DNA of 64,000 bases, taken from NCBI RefSeq assembly GCF_022846255.1, contig NZ_AP025682.1; one strand, given 5' to 3'. This document shows positions 61,039-64,000 of the stretch, one piece after another; position 1 is the stretch's first letter, and every line of letters begins with the position of its first letter. The DNA is from Escherichia coli (GTDB lineage: Bacteria; Pseudomonadota; Gammaproteobacteria; Enterobacterales; Enterobacteriaceae). The notes beneath the pieces are model-generated. The model did not search any database, had not been told where the DNA came from, and worked only from the letters and a program-made list of their open reading frames with translations. Position numbers and translations under genes: made by a program.

Positions 61039-61800
61039 TTACCGCCACATGGCGTGTTTATCGCGATAGCAATCGACCCACATCGCCGTCGCGCCACAAA
61101 CGGCAACGGGCATAATGAACAGATTAAGCAGCGGGATCATCGTAAACAGGCTGGTTAAAGCACCAAACTGCATATTGGTGATTTTGCGTGTGCGCAGGGC
61201 GGTGCGCATCTCTTTAAACGGCACTTTGTGGTTATCGAAGGGGTAATCACAATACTGGATGGCTAACATCCAGGCGCTAAACAGGAACCACAGTACCGGC
61301 GCGACGGTTTGCCCAATGCCAGGGATGAAGTAAAGAATTAGCAATACAATTGCGCGCGGCAGATACCAGGCAAATTTTTGCCATTCGCGTTTCATGATTC
61401 GCGGCACATCTTTCATGATACCGAAAATTCCGGTATCTGGCGGTGTAGCGCCAGTCAGTCTTGCTTCCAGTTGTTCAGCCAATAAACCGTTGAACGGAGC
61501 GGCAATCCAGTTAGCAATCGTTGAAAAGAAATAGCCAAATACTAACAGCACAGAGATGACAGCCAGGGGCCACAACAGATAGCTCAGCCATTGTAACCAG
61601 TCCGGAACATAACTCATGAGAGTCGGGATCCAGACATCGAGTTGCGTAAAGAGCCACCAGAATGCGCCCCCCATCAACAAAATATTGACCAGCAGCGGTA
61701 AAATAACGAAACGCCGAATCCCAGGTTGCGAGACGAGCTTCCAGCCTTGCGCAAAATAGTAAAAACCGCTGCGTGGGGCAGATGTGAATGATGAAACCAT
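61039..61800 (-). CDS. cysZ: sulfate transporter CysZ (253 aa)
   Basis: ORF track; polytopic membrane protein. Confidence 0.9.
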
Positions 61801-62029
61801 AATCAGGATGAGCTCCTTTTGACCAATCCCAGGAAAATTCTGCGTATTTTACCGGGTAATTGCGCAATGGACAGTTAGGATATGTTCGAAAAAACAGCAA
61901 AAAGCACGATTTCATCTATCTTTGTGCTGTGAAAGTTAATAGTGCACTTGCACTTGAGGTAATCGGCAAATACTCTTAGTGAGTAAATGTTTGCCGTGGT
62001 GGCAAGGTGTTAGAACAACAGAGAATATA

Positions 62030-63028
62030 ATGATGCAGGATTTGCGTCTGATATTAATCATTGTTGGCGCGATCGCCATAATCGCTTTACTGGTACATGG
62101 TTTCTGGACCAGCCGTAAAGAACGATCTTCTATGTTCCGCGATCGGCCATTAAAACGAATGAAGTCAAAACGTGACGACGATTCTTATGACGAGGATGTC
62201 GAAGATGATGAGGGCGTTGGTGAGGTTCGTGTTCACCGCGTGAATCATGCCCCGGCTAACGCCCAGGAGCATGAGGCTGCTCGTCCGTCGCCGCAACACC
62301 AGTACCAACCGCCTTATGCGTCTGCGCAGCCGCGTCAACCGGTCCAGCAGCCGCCTGAAGCGCAGGTACCGCCGCAACATGCTCCGCGTCCAACGCAGCC
62401 GGTGCAGCAACCCGTGCAGCAGCCTGCCTATCAGCCGCAGCCTGAACAGCCGTTGCAGCAGCCAGTTTCGCCACAGGTCGCGTCAGCGCCGCAGCCAGTG
62501 CATTCAGCACCGCAACCGGCACAACAGGCTTTTCAGCCTGCAGAACCCGTAGCGGCACCACAGCCTGAGCCTGTAGCGGAACCGGCTCCAGTTACGGATA
62601 AACCGAAGCGCAAAGAAGCGGTGATTATCATGAACGTCGCGGCGCATCACGGTAGCGAGTTAAACGGTGAACTGCTTCTTAACAGCATTCAACAAGCGGG
62701 CTTCATTTTTGGCGATATGAACATTTACCATCGTCATCTTAGCCCGGATGGCAGCGGCCCGGCGTTATTCAGCCTGGCGAATATGGTGAAACCGGGAACC
62801 TTTGATCCTGAAATGAAGGATTTCACTACTCCGGGTGTCACTATCTTTATGCAGGTACCGTCTTACGGTGACGAGCTGCAGAACTTTAAGCTGATGCTGC
62901 AATCTGCGCAGCATATTGCCGATGAAGTGGGCGGTGTAGTGCTTGACGATCAGCGCCGTATGATGACTCCGCAGAAATTGCGCGAGTACCAGGACATCAT
63001 CCGCGAAGTCAAAGACGCCAACGCCTGA
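62030..63028 (+). CDS. zipA: cell division protein ZipA (332 aa here) with N-terminal TM anchor and P/Q-rich linker
   Basis: Start at [26 protein letters not shown] inside ORF-track ORF 61979..63028. Confidence 0.9.
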   Translation: MMQDLRLILIIVGAIAIIALLVHGFWTSRKERSSMFRDRPLKRMKSKRDDDSYDEDVEDDEGVGEVRVHRVNHAPANAQEHEAARPSPQHQYQPPYASAQPRQPVQQPPEAQVPPQHAPRPTQPVQQPVQQPAYQPQPEQPLQQPVSPQVASAPQPVHSAPQPAQQAFQPAEPVAAPQPEPVAEPAPVTDKPKRKEAVIIMNVAAHHGSELNGELLLNSIQQAGFIFGDMNIYHRHLSPDGSGPALFSLANMVKPGTFDPEMKDFTTPGVTIFMQVPSYGDELQNFKLMLQSAQHIADEVGGVVLDDQRRMMTPQKLREYQDIIREVKDANA

Positions 63029-63057
63029 TACACTTAAGGCAAATTAACTCCTCTTCG

Positions 63058-63083
63058 AACCCCCGCTTGTCGGGGGTTTTTAG
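63058..63083 (+). terminator. terminator after zipA
   Basis: aacccccgcttgtcgggggtt hairpin followed by ttt. Confidence 0.65.
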
Positions 63084-63089
63084 CATTGA

Positions 63090-64000
<911 letters not shown>

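Noticed and set aside
62250-62600. Repetitive DNA in zipA considered as a possible CRISPR or tandem-repeat array
   Set aside because: The repeats are short, imperfect, in-frame codon repeats encoding the P/Q-rich ZipA linker, with no direct-repeat/spacer periodicity.

Overview
This 64 kb window reads as Escherichia coli chromosomal backbone, colinear (inverted) with the K-12 interval from bepA/perM down to ligA. I call 62 protein-coding genes plus one pseudogene remnant, all in the expected order: bepA, perM, bcp, gcvR, dapA, bamC, purC, ypfJ, tmcA, ypfH, ypfN, dapE, yffB, ypfM, acrD, narQ, aegA, nudK, ypfG, tktB, talA, maeB, the complete 17-gene ethanolamine-utilisation microcompartment operon eutSPQTDMNEJGHABCLKR, hemF, amiA, ypeA, yfeZ, yfeY, yfeX, murP, murQ, ucpA, cysPUWAM, yfeK, pdxK, crr, ptsI, ptsH, cysK, cysZ, zipA and the 5' end of ligA. 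There are no rRNA or tRNA genes, no CRISPR array, and no integrase, transposase or phage genes. I do not find a convincing novel or undescribed system: every ORF of credible size matches a known E. coli gene at its expected length and position. The most interesting observations are structural differences from the K-12 reference, recalled from memory and not verified by search: the hyf-focB cluster is absent between bcp and perM, there is no CPZ-55 prophage between eutA and eutB, murR is absent, yfeW is reduced to a short remnant, and yfeS appears absent. Other points are a GC-rich palindromic repeat inside the eut operon, REP elements, a PurR box in the purC leader and an AT-rich tract carrying the 19-codon ypfM. 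CDS coordinates come from the supplied ORF track with starts adjusted to recognised N-termini; coordinates of non-ORF features were counted by hand and may be off by a few bp.
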